A stretch of DNA of 63,745 bases from Spirochaetales bacterium (GCA_003245835.1 QKCC01000046.1:1-63745); one strand, 5' to 3'. Numbered from the stretch's first letter, positions 49,624 to 60,234 are shown. Numbers and translations: made by a program. Notes: generated by a model from the sequence alone, not told the origin.

Positions 49624-49657
49624 GCCTGACTTCCATAAAGGGAGTCGGGCTTTTTTT
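49624..49657 (+). terminator. Intrinsic terminator after fhs
   Basis: GCCTGACTTCC-ATAAA-GGGAGTCGGGC-TTTTTTT (two G-U pairs). Confidence 0.8.
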
Positions 49658-49748
49658 CAACAATCAGCCTGGAATAATTTTTTCACTCAATGCCGATTAA
49701 ACATAACTTAAATAGACTTTTTATCGATTGTGTCGCATAATGCTATGC

Positions 49749-51983
49749 ATGAGAAAGCTGCTAATATTTGTCCTGTTTTTATCAATTTCAGTTTCCGGTC
49801 TTTTTTCAGAAAATATTCTTGGCTCACCATCCGAACTGCTGCTGCTCGAAGGATTCAAGATATACAGCTCTGACTATTCTCCCGGAAGTCTTATTGATGA
49901 GGCGTATTCAGGCTGGGAAACCTGGAACGGTGCAGATTTCACTGATTCCGAGGCTAAACCCGGCAGGATGATAACCCTTAAAACCGATTTTACCCTTGAT
50001 AAATCAGTCAGGGGAACACCTCTCGGTATTTACATCGGGCCGTCCCCATACCCCTGCAGAATATTTATTAATGGCTATAACGTATATAAATCCGGCCAGT
50101 ACGGAAAAACCTGGATCGCCGGGGCCTTCGTATCGGCTGTATTCCTGCTCCCAGAGAAGGCGCTGAATTTCGGAACCGAATCAAACATTCTTACTATAGA
50201 GATTGTTCCGAATGGTTTCAGCGAACCGTTCCCCGACATGAAGCTTACAAACCAGAGAGAGGCAGCCCGCCTGGCATTCTGGAGGAACTTTTTCAGTGTT
50301 TACCTTATAAGAGCAACCAGCTTCATGGGTGTTTTTCTTGCTGCTTATTATCTTCTGCTCTTTTTCTCTTCCGGACGTCGGGACAAAAGATTTTTATATT
50401 TTTCTATTCTTTGTATTTCTTTCTTTATCTCATACCTCGAAATCAGTTTTGCTACCGATGCCATTAATGACCTCATGATAAAAAAACTCAGTAAAATTGG
50501 TTTTACGCTTTTATTAATTTTCCTGACGACATTCGTTATTGAATTTACGCAATTAAAGAAAATACGGATTCCCGGCCGCGCGGCTGTAACTGTTCCCGGT
50601 GCAGTTTTTATTGTTCTGCTTCTCCTGGACTCTTCACATGCAGAAATAGATTCCACCTTAGGGATTATGCTCACCTACTTTTTTCCTGTAATCATACTTC
50701 TGAACCTTGTGATAATAGTTTACGCTGCACTTAAATACCGGACTCCCGACAACTTCGTGCTTCTGCTGGCATTAATCGGAGCTATAGTCTGCGCGCTCGT
50801 CGATATATTCCATATTCTTTTTTCTTCAATTCCTTACACATACATAACTCCGTACGGGTTTCTTCTTATAATATTTGCACTTTTCATTATCCTTACATTT
50901 GAGCAGCTCAGGGTTTCCGCCCAGAACAACAAACAGGCAATTGTCCTTGCTGAAAAAAACCGTATACAGAAGGAAATGATTGACGGGATATCCAGTTTGT
51001 CGGAATTCCTCGAAGAATCCGGACACAACCTGAATCTGAAAATAGCCGAATCTTCACGAATCATAGAGGAGAATTCCTCGGCTAACGCCAATATGAATAT
51101 TAAAATACGTGAACAGATCGACTCAATCGAAAAGACGCTTCCTGTAATTAAAAAAAATCTCGGTGAATCCGCTGAACGAATTTTTTCAGCACTCACAAAC
51201 CAGAATGCTTATGCAGACGAGATCAGTGAAACTCTATCGGGGATCATAAATAAAATGCATTCTTCACAGTCGGTTCTTGAAGAGACCGGAGCCGCCGCAG
51301 ATACGCTTAATAATATTGCCAAAAATAACCGTACCGTAATTGAAGAGTCATCCAAAGCACTCAAAGAGATCCATACACATTCAAAAACAATCCATGATGT
51401 TCTTGCCGGCATCGGCGACATTTCATCCAGAACTGATCTGCTTGCTATGAACGCATCAATTGAAGCGGCGCACGCCGGTGAAGCAGGTAAAGGCTTTGCT
51501 GTCGTAGCCGGTGAAGTGCGTAAACTTTCAGAACAGTCCCGAAAACAGATTGCCGAGAGCAATACCAAGCTCGAAGGGATGGAAACTGCTATAAACCGAA
51601 ATACTGAATTATCGAACAAGGTCTATGACGGACTTCACTCCATCATAGAAGAAGCTGTCCGCAGCTCTGAAATGATGAAGAAAACAAGAAGCGAGGTCGA
51701 ACTTCAGTTAACCGATACCGGCGAGCTGCTCGCATCAGTTCACAGTCTTATCGATGATACAGTTACAATCAAGGGACTCTCTGAAGAAAACAGACTTGTT
51801 AACAGTGAAGTTCAGCAGTTTCTGGAAAACTACCGTACTACCTTGCTTGGATTTTCCGATCTTATATCAAACCAGGAAAAGCAGATCTTAAATCTAAACG
51901 ATAATATAAGCCGAATTGAAGACCTTTTCCGCGAAAATCTTAAATCGATCGACAATCTTAAACGGCTGCTGGTACAGCAATAA
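49749..51983 (+). CDS. Methyl-accepting chemotaxis protein with a 7TM-DISM-like sensory region
   Basis: Signal peptide, beta-sandwich-like extracellular domain, about 7 TM helices, and [32 protein letters not shown]. Promoter TAGACT-17-CATAAT lies 7 nt before the ATG. Confidence 0.85.
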   Translation: MRKLLIFVLFLSISVSGLFSENILGSPSELLLLEGFKIYSSDYSPGSLIDEAYSGWETWNGADFTDSEAKPGRMITLKTDFTLDKSVRGTPLGIYIGPSPYPCRIFINGYNVYKSGQYGKTWIAGAFVSAVFLLPEKALNFGTESNILTIEIVPNGFSEPFPDMKLTNQREAARLAFWRNFFSVYLIRATSFMGVFLAAYYLLLFFSSGRRDKRFLYFSILCISFFISYLEISFATDAINDLMIKKLSKIGFTLLLIFLTTFVIEFTQLKKIRIPGRAAVTVPGAVFIVLLLLDSSHAEIDSTLGIMLTYFFPVIILLNLVIIVYAALKYRTPDNFVLLLALIGAIVCALVDIFHILFSSIPYTYITPYGFLLIIFALFIILTFEQLRVSAQNNKQAIVLAEKNRIQKEMIDGISSLSEFLEESGHNLNLKIAESSRIIEENSSANANMNIKIREQIDSIEKTLPVIKKNLGESAERIFSALTNQNAYADEISETLSGIINKMHSSQSVLEETGAAADTLNNIAKNNRTVIEESSKALKEIHTHSKTIHDVLAGIGDISSRTDLLAMNASIEAAHAGEAGKGFAVVAGEVRKLSEQSRKQIAESNTKLEGMETAINRNTELSNKVYDGLHSIIEEAVRSSEMMKKTRSEVELQLTDTGELLASVHSLIDDTVTIKGLSEENRLVNSEVQQFLENYRTTLLGFSDLISNQEKQILNLNDNISRIEDLFRENLKSIDNLKRLLVQQ

Positions 51984-51999
51984 AGCAGAATTAATATAC

Positions 52000-52060
52000 A
52001 GATCTGCGGCTGCGATTATCAGGATTGTGAAATCCTTTTAAACCATACGGCCGCAGATCT
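52000..52060. terminator. Long stem-loop between convergent genes
   Basis: AGATCTGCGGC...GCCGCAGATCT 11-bp stem enclosing an AGGATT/AATCCT inner hairpin. Confidence 0.5.
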
Positions 52061-52069
52061 ATCAGAAAA

Positions 52070-52978
52070 TCATTTTATTCCAAGACTGGATTTAAACGAC
52101 TTCATTGTATTTTTCATAAGCATAGTAATGGTCATAGGTCCGACCCCGCCGGGAACAGGGGTAATCCACCCTGCCCGTTCGCATGCCGGTTCGAAATCGA
52201 CATCACCGGAAAGAACAGCTATGGTTTTTCCGGTTTTACTGCTTACTTTTTCACCGATACGGTTTACACCTACATCAATAACACATGCACCAGGTTTGAT
52301 CCATTCCGGCTTCACAAGCCCGGGAACACCTGCCGCGACAATGAGTATATCAGCGCGCAGGCAGTGGGAAGCAAGGTCTTTTGTTCCGGTATGAACAATT
52401 GTAACCGTCGCGTTGGCACCGGCGCCTTTCTGCAGCAGCATATTCGCTATCGGTTTGCCTACGATGTTCGAACGGCCGACAACTACAACCTCGGCTCCGG
52501 AGGTTTCTACACCGGAGCGGATAATCATCTCCTGGATAGCGGCCGGAGTGCAGGGAGGGAATTTTACTTCATCACCTCCGAGCATCAGCCTGCCTATGTT
52601 CACGGGATGAAACCCGTCTACATCTTTGTCCGGATCGATAGCATTGATTACCTTGGCCTCATCGATATGCTTCGGAAGCGGCAGCTGGACAAGAATTCCG
52701 TTTATGCTGTCATCTTTATTGTAGCGGTCAATCAGGTCAAGCAGTTCAGCTTCCGATATGTCCGGGTCCCTGTTATCCTGGATCTCTTTGTAGCCCAGGC
52801 TTTGGGCTGTTTTTATCTTCAGCGTCACATAGGACACCGATGCCGGATTTTCACCGATTAGAATTGTAACAAGCCCGGGGACTCTGCCGTATTTAGCTTT
52901 AAGTTCTTCAGTTTCGGCCCTGAGTTCCGCGAGTATTTCCTCGCGGATTTCAGTACCTTTTATAAGTCTTGCAGTCAT
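52070..52978 (-). CDS. folD: Methylene-THF dehydrogenase / methenyl-THF cyclohydrolase
   Basis: GILVQLPLP, KDVDGFHP, PCTP, GRSNIVGKP, DVGVNR, TPVPGGVGPMT; ATG abuts the panB stop. Confidence 0.95.
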   Translation of the reverse strand: MTARLIKGTEIREEILAELRAETEELKAKYGRVPGLVTILIGENPASVSYVTLKIKTAQSLGYKEIQDNRDPDISEAELLDLIDRYNKDDSINGILVQLPLPKHIDEAKVINAIDPDKDVDGFHPVNIGRLMLGGDEVKFPPCTPAAIQEMIIRSGVETSGAEVVVVGRSNIVGKPIANMLLQKGAGANATVTIVHTGTKDLASHCLRADILIVAAGVPGLVKPEWIKPGACVIDVGVNRIGEKVSSKTGKTIAVLSGDVDFEPACERAGWITPVPGGVGPMTITMLMKNTMKSFKSSLGIK

Positions 52979-53845
52979 CTAAACACCAAGCGCTTTTTTA
53001 AGTTCCTCAACCTGATCCTGTTTCATATTGAAGCAGTGTTCTTCACCGGGGAATTTAACCTCTTTTACTTCATTTATGAAGGATGAAACAGCATCAAGCT
53101 GTGCCGTGTACATATCCGCGTAAACCTTTACAAACTTCGGAGTAAATCTTTTAAACAGGCCGACCATGTCATGAAGAACAAGAACCTGACCTGCACAGCT
53201 CGGACCTGCTCCGATACCTACAGTCGGGATAGTAAGTTTTTCAGTGATAATGGCTGCAAGCTGCTGGGGTATCGCTTCAAGAATAATAGCGAAAGCTCCG
53301 GCATCCTGCATTGCAAGCGCGTCATCGAGAACAGCCTTCGCAGCGTCTATTGACTTTCCCTGCACTTTGAAACCGCCGAGCATTGCAGCAGTCTGCGGGG
53401 TAAGACCGATATGAGCGAAAAACGGTATTCCGGCCCTTGTAATTGCGGCTGCAACCTTTGCGTAATCCTGTCCGCCTTCAGCTTTAACTGAGTCGGCACC
53501 GCCGTCTTTATAAATTATTCCGGCATTGGCAACGGCCTGCTCGGTTGAAATATTATATGACATGAACGGGAGGTCGCCTACAACATGCGCACGCTTTACA
53601 GCACGCATTACGGATTTGGTATGCATTACCATTTCATCCATTGTAACAGGAACGGTATCGTCATACCCCAACTCAACCATTCCGAGGGAATCACCGACAA
53701 GAATAATATCGATACCTGCCTGGTCTACAATCAAACCCTGCGGGTATGAATATGCCGTAATCATGGAAATTTTTTCGCCGTCATCCTTCATTTTCTGAAG
53801 ATCGGCAGATAACAATTTTTTAGTTGCTTCTGGATGTGAACTCAT
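52979..53845 (-). CDS. panB: 3-methyl-2-oxobutanoate hydroxymethyltransferase
   Basis: ILVGDSLG, DLPFMSY, VKAEGG, HIGLTPQ, GGFKVQGK, GIGAG..GQVLVLHD. Confidence 0.93.
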   Translation of the reverse strand: MSSHPEATKKLLSADLQKMKDDGEKISMITAYSYPQGLIVDQAGIDIILVGDSLGMVELGYDDTVPVTMDEMVMHTKSVMRAVKRAHVVGDLPFMSYNISTEQAVANAGIIYKDGGADSVKAEGGQDYAKVAAAITRAGIPFFAHIGLTPQTAAMLGGFKVQGKSIDAAKAVLDDALAMQDAGAFAIILEAIPQQLAAIITEKLTIPTVGIGAGPSCAGQVLVLHDMVGLFKRFTPKFVKVYADMYTAQLDAVSSFINEVKEVKFPGEEHCFNMKQDQVEELKKALGV

Positions 53846-53929
53846 ATATATCTCCTTATTAGTGCATTTGAATGCTAATAATATAACCTAAATTTAAATT
53901 TCTTGACAGCATTGTTTTGAAAAGTTTTA

Positions 53930-53958
53930 TTTAAATGTTTGCGCAAATATGGTAATAT
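53930..53958 (+). promoter_or_regulatory. Promoter region with LacI-type operator
   Basis: Palindrome TGTTTGCGCAAATA (53936-53949) lies just upstream of an extended -10 TGGTAATAT. A TTGACA also lies at 53903-53908. Confidence 0.6.
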
Positions 53959-53980
53959 TCTTTAACTTCGGAGGTCTTGA

Positions 53981-55180
53981 ATGAATGTACTTGTAATCAA
54001 CAGCGGAAGTTCTTCTATAAAATTTCAGTTAATAGATATGGATAAACGCTGTACTCTGGGCAAGGGCCTGATTGAACGTATCGGCATTGACGGGATTCTA
54101 AACTTTCAGCCTGAAGGCGGAGAACGCTGCGTCAGGAAGCTTGATATACCCGACCACAAAACCGGGCTTGATTATGCCCTTGAAAGTATTACAGATAAAT
54201 CATCAGGTATTATCAATAATCTTTCTGAGATCCATGCCGCAGCGCACCGTATCGTGCAGGGCGGAGCTGCAATGACCGGGCCTGTTATTATCACACCCGA
54301 ACTTCTTAAAGAGTTTGAAAAATACACCCCCCTCGCCCCTCTTCACAATCCAGCCTGCCTGCTGGGTGTCAGTGCAGCACAAGTCCTTCTTCCGGGCATC
54401 CCTCATGTTGCTTCATTTGACACAGCCTACTACAGCGGTATGACTGAAGAGGCTTACACCTTTGCGCTTGATTATGACTGTTATGAGAAACTAGGGTACC
54501 GCAAGTTCGGTTATCACGGGGCATCTCACCGTTACGTTAATTTGCGGGCCGCAGAATTTCTTGGTGCAGATAAAACAGACTTCAGAACAATCAGCTGCCA
54601 TATCGGCGGCGGCGTGACTGTTGCGGCATCGATCGACGGCGAAGGCGTCGACACATCACTTGGGTACGGAACCGTCTGCGGGGCACCGATGGGCACAAGG
54701 TCCGGAGACGTTGACCCCGAAGTTATTCTTCAGTTGATTTCACGCGACGGCTACACCGCCGAAGAAGTCAAGGAAATGATTTATAAAAAATCCGGATTAT
54801 TAGGTATAAGCGGTATATCAAGCGACATTCGTGATATACTGCAGGCAATTGAAGACGGTAATGCACGAGCAGAACTGGCTTTAAATATTTTCACCAGGTC
54901 TATCCGAAGATTTATCGGTGCACTCAGCACCAGCCTTGACGGGCGTATGGATGCCCTGATATTTACTGCGGGAATCGGTGAAAATTCTGATACTGTGCGT
55001 TCGATGATATGTAAAGGACTCGAGATATCAGGAATAAAAATAGATGAAGAACTAAACAGCGGCTGCAGAAATGAAGCGGTAATATCATCTTCTGATTCAG
55101 CTGTCAAGATTCTCGTTATTCCGACAAATGAAGAAATGATGATGGCTATTGAAGCCGTTGAAACACTTAACAACAACTGA
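53981..55180 (+). CDS. Acetate kinase family carboxylate kinase (divergent)
   Basis: INSGSSSIK, APLHNP, FDTA, MGTRSGD, TAGIGEN and PTNEE are conserved; several pocket residues are atypical. Confidence 0.88.
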   Translation: MNVLVINSGSSSIKFQLIDMDKRCTLGKGLIERIGIDGILNFQPEGGERCVRKLDIPDHKTGLDYALESITDKSSGIINNLSEIHAAAHRIVQGGAAMTGPVIITPELLKEFEKYTPLAPLHNPACLLGVSAAQVLLPGIPHVASFDTAYYSGMTEEAYTFALDYDCYEKLGYRKFGYHGASHRYVNLRAAEFLGADKTDFRTISCHIGGGVTVAASIDGEGVDTSLGYGTVCGAPMGTRSGDVDPEVILQLISRDGYTAEEVKEMIYKKSGLLGISGISSDIRDILQAIEDGNARAELALNIFTRSIRRFIGALSTSLDGRMDALIFTAGIGENSDTVRSMICKGLEISGIKIDEELNSGCRNEAVISSSDSAVKILVIPTNEEMMMAIEAVETLNNN

Positions 55181-55190
55181 GGTGATGAAA

Positions 55191-56162
55191 ATGCTTAACT
55201 CGATTTGTGATGTACCGGGTATTCTTGTCGGTCACGCGCAAAACACTGAAGGCGGTACAGGCTGTACGGTAATTATAGCGGAGAATACCGCAGTCTGCGG
55301 CGTTGATGTAGCGGGCGGAGGACCAGGAACAAGGGAAACTGACGCTCTTAACCCGGTCAATCTTGTCCACGCGGTAAATGCGGTTTACCTCGGAGGCGGA
55401 AGCGCCTACGGCCTTGCGGGAGCTGACGGTGTCATGAAATGGTGCGAGGAGAACGGAAAAGGATTTAATGTCGGTGTCGGCATTGTTCCGATTGTTCCGG
55501 GCGCAGTCCTTTTTGATCTTCCTATCGCTGATTACAAGGCCCGCCCGGATTCAGCCATGGGATATGAGGCCTGCTGCAGCGCCAACAATGCCGAAAACAG
55601 GATGGGAAATATTGGTGCGGGCACCGGTGCGACGATCGGCAAAGCACGCGGTTTCGGAGGCATGATGAAAGGCGGGCTTGGAACTGCAAGCCTTAAAATA
55701 GGTGAAATAGTAATCGGTGCAATTGTTGCAGTAAATTGCTTTGGAGATATTATCGATCCATCAACCGGCAGGATAGTCGCAGGGGTACTGCCGGAGGAAG
55801 GTACGGATTTTCTCGGTTCGACCTATTATATAAAAAAGGTTCTTGAAAAAGGTATTAACCCGCTTGGCGGCAATACTACAATCGGTGTTATTGCCACCAA
55901 TGCCAAATTGAACAAATCTGAGGCGACCAAGGTTTCAATGATGGCGCACGACGGGTATGCAAGGGCAATCAACCCGATTCACACTCTGCACGACGGTGAT
56001 ACTATATTCACACTGTCTACAGGAGATCTTCAGGCGGATGTGTCTTCCATAGGAGCACTTGCAGCTGAAGTAATGAGCAGCGCAATACTCGCCGGCGTAA
56101 AAGCAGCAGTAAGTGCTTATGGAGTTCAGGGATACGCAGACATGAACAGGAGTGATAAATGA
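55191..56162 (+). CDS. DmpA/P1 (S58) family self-processing amidohydrolase
   Basis: SICDVPGILVGH, TGCTVI, GGGPGTRETD, GGSAYGL, GAGTGA, MKGGLG, NTTIGVIATNA, HTLHDGD; GAGGTG SD. Confidence 0.88.
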   Translation: MLNSICDVPGILVGHAQNTEGGTGCTVIIAENTAVCGVDVAGGGPGTRETDALNPVNLVHAVNAVYLGGGSAYGLAGADGVMKWCEENGKGFNVGVGIVPIVPGAVLFDLPIADYKARPDSAMGYEACCSANNAENRMGNIGAGTGATIGKARGFGGMMKGGLGTASLKIGEIVIGAIVAVNCFGDIIDPSTGRIVAGVLPEEGTDFLGSTYYIKKVLEKGINPLGGNTTIGVIATNAKLNKSEATKVSMMAHDGYARAINPIHTLHDGDTIFTLSTGDLQADVSSIGALAAEVMSSAILAGVKAAVSAYGVQGYADMNRSDK

Positions 56163-57076
56163 AAATTTCAATTATCGGTGCAGGCGCAATGGGGTCGCTT
56201 TTCGGCGGCAAACTTGCTGCTTCAGGAAATGAAGTGGTACTTTACGATATCAACAAGGCACATGTTGATGCGGTGAACAGCAACGGACTCAAAATCGAAA
56301 CACTCGCCACGGGTGATATTCAGACAGTAAAAGTTAAGGCTTCTTCAGACGCGGCAGATGTCGGCGGTTCGGATATTATGATTGTTTTCGTAAAGTCGAC
56401 AGCTACAGAAATTGTGGCCAAAAACTTCAAACAGGTTGCCGGTGACAATACCATCGTAGTTACCCTTCAGAACGGCTACGGCAACGAAGAGATACTGAAA
56501 AATCATTTCGGCGCGGCTTTCACTGCTGCCGGGGTGACTTCGCAGGGGGCGACCTTTGCAGGTCCCGGGCATATCAAACACGCCGGCAACGGACCCACCC
56601 ACATCTGTATGTCCGACAAAAACAACGATAAACTTGCGCCCTTTATAAAAGCGCTTAATGAAGCAGGTTTTGAAGCTGACGCTGAAAACAACATTGAAAG
56701 CCTCGTATGGAGCAAACTTGTAATCAATGTCGGAATTAATGCTCTTACAGCACTTACCGGCCTTAAAAACGGACAGCTGCTTGATTTTAATGAAACTAAG
56801 GCACTGATGAAGGACCTTGTTGATGAAGCGGTTAATGTCTGTAATAAGTCCGGTATTAAACTTACATATGATAATCCGCTTGAAGCTGTTTATTCGGTAG
56901 CAGAGAAAACCGGTCCGAACCGTTCATCAATGCTTCAGGATTTTGACCGCGGAAGCGTCACTGAAATCGATTTTATCAACAACGCCATTGTCAGGGCTGC
57001 TGAAAAGATTGGGGTTGATACCCCGGTCAACAGAACGGTTGCTCGCATCATTAAGACGATAGATTTAACGAGATAA
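56159..57076 (+). CDS. panE: 2-dehydropantoate 2-reductase
   Basis: GAGAMG, FVKS, TLQNGYGN, WSKLVIN..IN, SSMLQD, TEIDFIN; ATAA/ATG overlap with the previous gene. Confidence 0.9.
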   Translation: MKISIIGAGAMGSLFGGKLAASGNEVVLYDINKAHVDAVNSNGLKIETLATGDIQTVKVKASSDAADVGGSDIMIVFVKSTATEIVAKNFKQVAGDNTIVVTLQNGYGNEEILKNHFGAAFTAAGVTSQGATFAGPGHIKHAGNGPTHICMSDKNNDKLAPFIKALNEAGFEADAENNIESLVWSKLVINVGINALTALTGLKNGQLLDFNETKALMKDLVDEAVNVCNKSGIKLTYDNPLEAVYSVAEKTGPNRSSMLQDFDRGSVTEIDFINNAIVRAAEKIGVDTPVNRTVARIIKTIDLTR

Positions 57077-57109
57077 TTTTCCTGCTTATATAAAAATATA
57101 AAATTAAAT

Positions 57110-57145
57110 AAAAAACGCCGACAGGGTTTCCCGTCGGCGTTTTTT
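57110..57145. terminator. Bidirectional intrinsic terminator
   Basis: AAAAAACGCCGAC-10nt-GTCGGCGTTTTTT. Confidence 0.85.
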
Positions 57146-57181
57146 ATAAGCCGGACTATGATAGTGTCCGGCTTTTGTTCC

Positions 57182-58393
57182 CTATTCCGGAACGATCTTG
57201 GCAACAAGAACCTTCTTTCCGCCTTCAATTTCAAAGAGGAAAAGAGGTTTGTCGGCAGGATATCCGCCCTTGTTGGTCCAGCTGTACTGGAGACCTTCAA
57301 AGTTCTTTATGTCGTTACAGTAGTCTCTGATCTTGGTTCTTTCTTCAGCAAGCTTCTTCGGGTCACCGGTAACTCCGGTTTCTTCGATAGCTCTTTTGAT
57401 CATGTAAACTGCATCATAGTAGTTCGGTGAAAGTGAGAAAGGCTCCATACCGTCATGATCATCCTTGAATCCCTGGCGGAAAGCATTCCAGCGCGGAGTG
57501 TCAAGAGCAGGATCATTGTAGTTGTAGATCATAATACCGTTGATCTTGTCGCCGCCTGTTGTGTAAAGAGCAGCATCATCAGCGCTGGAGAAAACAAGAA
57601 TCTTGTTCATGTCCGCCCATCCGCGGTTTTTGAGCTCAATAACAATTTTGGCTACTTTCTCGGCATTACATGCAAAGATGATTCCGTCAGGATTCTGTGC
57701 AAGGGCTTTAACAATAAGCGGACCGAAAGCAACTGCGTCCTGGGGTACTTCAACATCATCAAGTACTGTTACACCGGCTTTTTCAAGTCCGATTACATGT
57801 GCAGCAGCCATTCCGGGCCATGCGCCGTAATTTTCAACAAACTGTACAACCTTCTTGGTACCGGTTTTTTTCGCCCATGCAGTTACAATCGGCGGAAGCT
57901 TTTCGTCTGTCGGGGAGAACCATGAAATTGCCCACGGAAAATATTTTGCGGCATATTCATATGATGTTGTAGCAGTGAAACTGTAAACACCCTCGTCTGC
58001 TGCGATAGGTACTGCGGCCATGATTACAGGCTCCGGAACCGGACCCATAACAACAAGTGCATCCTCAACAAGCTTGGACATCTCGACAGTACCCTTTTCA
58101 GGACTCATTCCGGTGTCAACGCCGATAACCTTTACGGGTTTTCCTGCAATACCGCCGGCAGCATTGATCTGCTCTGCAGCGAATTCTGCACCCCATTCAA
58201 GGTATTCACCGATACTTGCAATCGGGCCGGTAAGACAGTTAAGGAACGGGATTTCCCATTCGTCTACCATTACTTTTGCGCTTTCTTCGGCTTTTTCCAT
58301 CGCAGGTTTATCAGATGCTTCCTGAGTTCCGCCCGCAAAAATGAATGAAGCTGATACAAGCAGCAACAGCAGGATGGATAGAATTTTTTTCAT
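57182..58393 (-). CDS. LIV/HAAT-family ABC transporter substrate-binding protein
   Basis: Signal peptide ending IFAGGTQE; LTGPIASIG, INAAGGIAG, YDAVY. Confidence 0.88.
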   Translation of the reverse strand: MKKILSILLLLLVSASFIFAGGTQEASDKPAMEKAEESAKVMVDEWEIPFLNCLTGPIASIGEYLEWGAEFAAEQINAAGGIAGKPVKVIGVDTGMSPEKGTVEMSKLVEDALVVMGPVPEPVIMAAVPIAADEGVYSFTATTSYEYAAKYFPWAISWFSPTDEKLPPIVTAWAKKTGTKKVVQFVENYGAWPGMAAAHVIGLEKAGVTVLDDVEVPQDAVAFGPLIVKALAQNPDGIIFACNAEKVAKIVIELKNRGWADMNKILVFSSADDAALYTTGGDKINGIMIYNYNDPALDTPRWNAFRQGFKDDHDGMEPFSLSPNYYDAVYMIKRAIEETGVTGDPKKLAEERTKIRDYCNDIKNFEGLQYSWTNKGGYPADKPLFLFEIEGGKKVLVAKIVPE

Positions 58394-58447
58394 GTTTTCC
58401 TCCAAATAATTTTCAGTACTTAAAGTACCGTTTTAGATCGTAATATT

Positions 58448-59329
58448 TTATACCTTTTTTTTATTTAGTGACAGCAAACTTTCTAGTTTTTTAACCATCG
58501 GTCTGGTAATTATGCCCTCCGGTTTAATAACAAGAACAATAATCAGAAGAACACCATAGATAACAATGTTCCATGATTCCACGGCGTCCGGCAGGATCAG
58601 CGGAAACCCCCATAAAATCGGTGCGGCAAGCAGTGCTCCCCATAAGGTGGAATATCCGCCCACAAAAAGCATAGTCATACATACACCTACAATATGAAAA
58701 GTGAAGTGATTAGGAGAAATGCTGCGCATAATAAACGCATACATAACACCGGCCATTCCGCCGATACCGCTCGCCCAGGTCTGCAGAAACATTCCCATTT
58801 TCTTAACATCGACGCCGAACGAAACAGCAAGGTCCTTATCAATAAAAATCGCTGAAGAAGCGCGTCCGAGGCGGGAATGATCAAATCTCGAAATAAGAAA
58901 ACCCGTAATAAGAACAAGCGCGTATACTACTATCAGCAGCAGCGTTCTGTTTGATGCTGAAGAACTGAGAACCTTGGGAATGCTGAAAATTCCAAGCGGT
59001 CCGCCGAAAGCATCGACATTCTCTATTATTGTTTTTGTGAGGTAAATAAATGTAAAACCTACAATAACAACTGCAAAACAAGGAGCGTCCCCTATCGCAA
59101 AGGAAACAAGAAATCCTATCAGCGCGCCGAGCAGGGTCCCCGCAATAAGCACAAGCCAGAACGGCCATGCAAAAGTAATTGCCATAAGCGCCGCAAAATA
59201 CGCTGAAATCGCCATATTAGCAATTGTCATAAAATGGAGCTGTCCGATTCGGTACGGAATGTAGATAGACCAGCTCATGAGAATATAGATCGCTGTTATA
59301 GCAAGAAAATAAAATAAAGTTAAAGACAC
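58448..59329 (-). CDS. LivM-like ABC permease
   Basis: Multi-TM; SRLGRA, GVDV, MLFVGG..LWGALL, KPEGI; GTG start with GGGAGG SD. Confidence 0.88.
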   Translation of the reverse strand: MSLTLFYFLAITAIYILMSWSIYIPYRIGQLHFMTIANMAISAYFAALMAITFAWPFWLVLIAGTLLGALIGFLVSFAIGDAPCFAVVIVGFTFIYLTKTIIENVDAFGGPLGIFSIPKVLSSSASNRTLLLIVVYALVLITGFLISRFDHSRLGRASSAIFIDKDLAVSFGVDVKKMGMFLQTWASGIGGMAGVMYAFIMRSISPNHFTFHIVGVCMTMLFVGGYSTLWGALLAAPILWGFPLILPDAVESWNIVIYGVLLIIVLVIKPEGIITRPMVKKLESLLSLNKKKV

Positions 59330-59343
59330 ACTTTCCTCCCGGC

Positions 59344-60231
59344 CTATAGCTTTGAACCGAAAACCCCTTTGGGTTTCGCCAGAATTACTACCAGCATTAC
59401 AATGAAGGCAATAGCATTCGACCACGATCCGGCCATATAGCCCTGAATTATCGCCTCAAGGATACCAAGCAGAAGACCGATTATAAGACCGCCTGTCAGG
59501 TTTCCGAGACCCGCAATAATCGATACGGCAAGCACCTTATGTCCAAGCTGGTCACCAAGGCCCGCAGATGCTGAGCCCAGAAGTATGGCCATCAGTACTG
59601 CAGTCACTCCGCCGATAAACCCTGTCAGAGCGTAACTCTGAAAGCCGGTTCGCAGAAGCGGAATACCAACGAGCTTTGCTCCGTTCGGATCTTCTGCAAT
59701 AGCGCGGAATGCACGGCCTGACCTGGTTTTGTAAAGCAGCCAGAAAAGTCCGAGAACGAATATTACGCCTATTACAAGAGTGAGCACCTGCCCTCTCGAA
59801 ATACTTACTAGTCCGATACTCACAATCGCGCCCTTGTCATTCCCTGTAAGAGCGTCGGGAAAGGCAATGGGAAAACCCTGGTTGAATGTATGGGACAGAA
59901 TATCAGTGATGATCATTCCCATTCCCATCGAAATTACCATGGTCGCATTTATGTCGACCGATCCCCGTTTTTTCATAATATGCTGGAACATCGGTGCGGT
60001 AATCGCATTGACAGCTATAGCCGACAGGATTCCTGCCGCGATGCCCAAAGCCACGCTTCCGGTAAGCTTCATAACAAACCATGAAATATACATTGAAAAT
60101 ACAACTACAACCGGAAAAGAAAAATGAATAATCATTGCGACAAGAAGAAGAAGATTGAATCCAGTCACAAGAAGAACATAAATACTTCCGATTGATAATC
60201 CGTTAAAAATCTGAGCAATTAATACTTCCAT
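59344..60231 (-). CDS. LivH-like ABC permease
   Basis: NGLSIGSIY, KTRSGRAFRAIAED, IIAGLGN, KPKGVFG. Confidence 0.9.
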   Translation of the reverse strand: MEVLIAQIFNGLSIGSIYVLLVTGFNLLLLVAMIIHFSFPVVVVFSMYISWFVMKLTGSVALGIAAGILSAIAVNAITAPMFQHIMKKRGSVDINATMVISMGMGMIITDILSHTFNQGFPIAFPDALTGNDKGAIVSIGLVSISRGQVLTLVIGVIFVLGLFWLLYKTRSGRAFRAIAEDPNGAKLVGIPLLRTGFQSYALTGFIGGVTAVLMAILLGSASAGLGDQLGHKVLAVSIIAGLGNLTGGLIIGLLLGILEAIIQGYMAGSWSNAIAFIVMLVVILAKPKGVFGSKL

Positions 60232-60234
60232 CAG

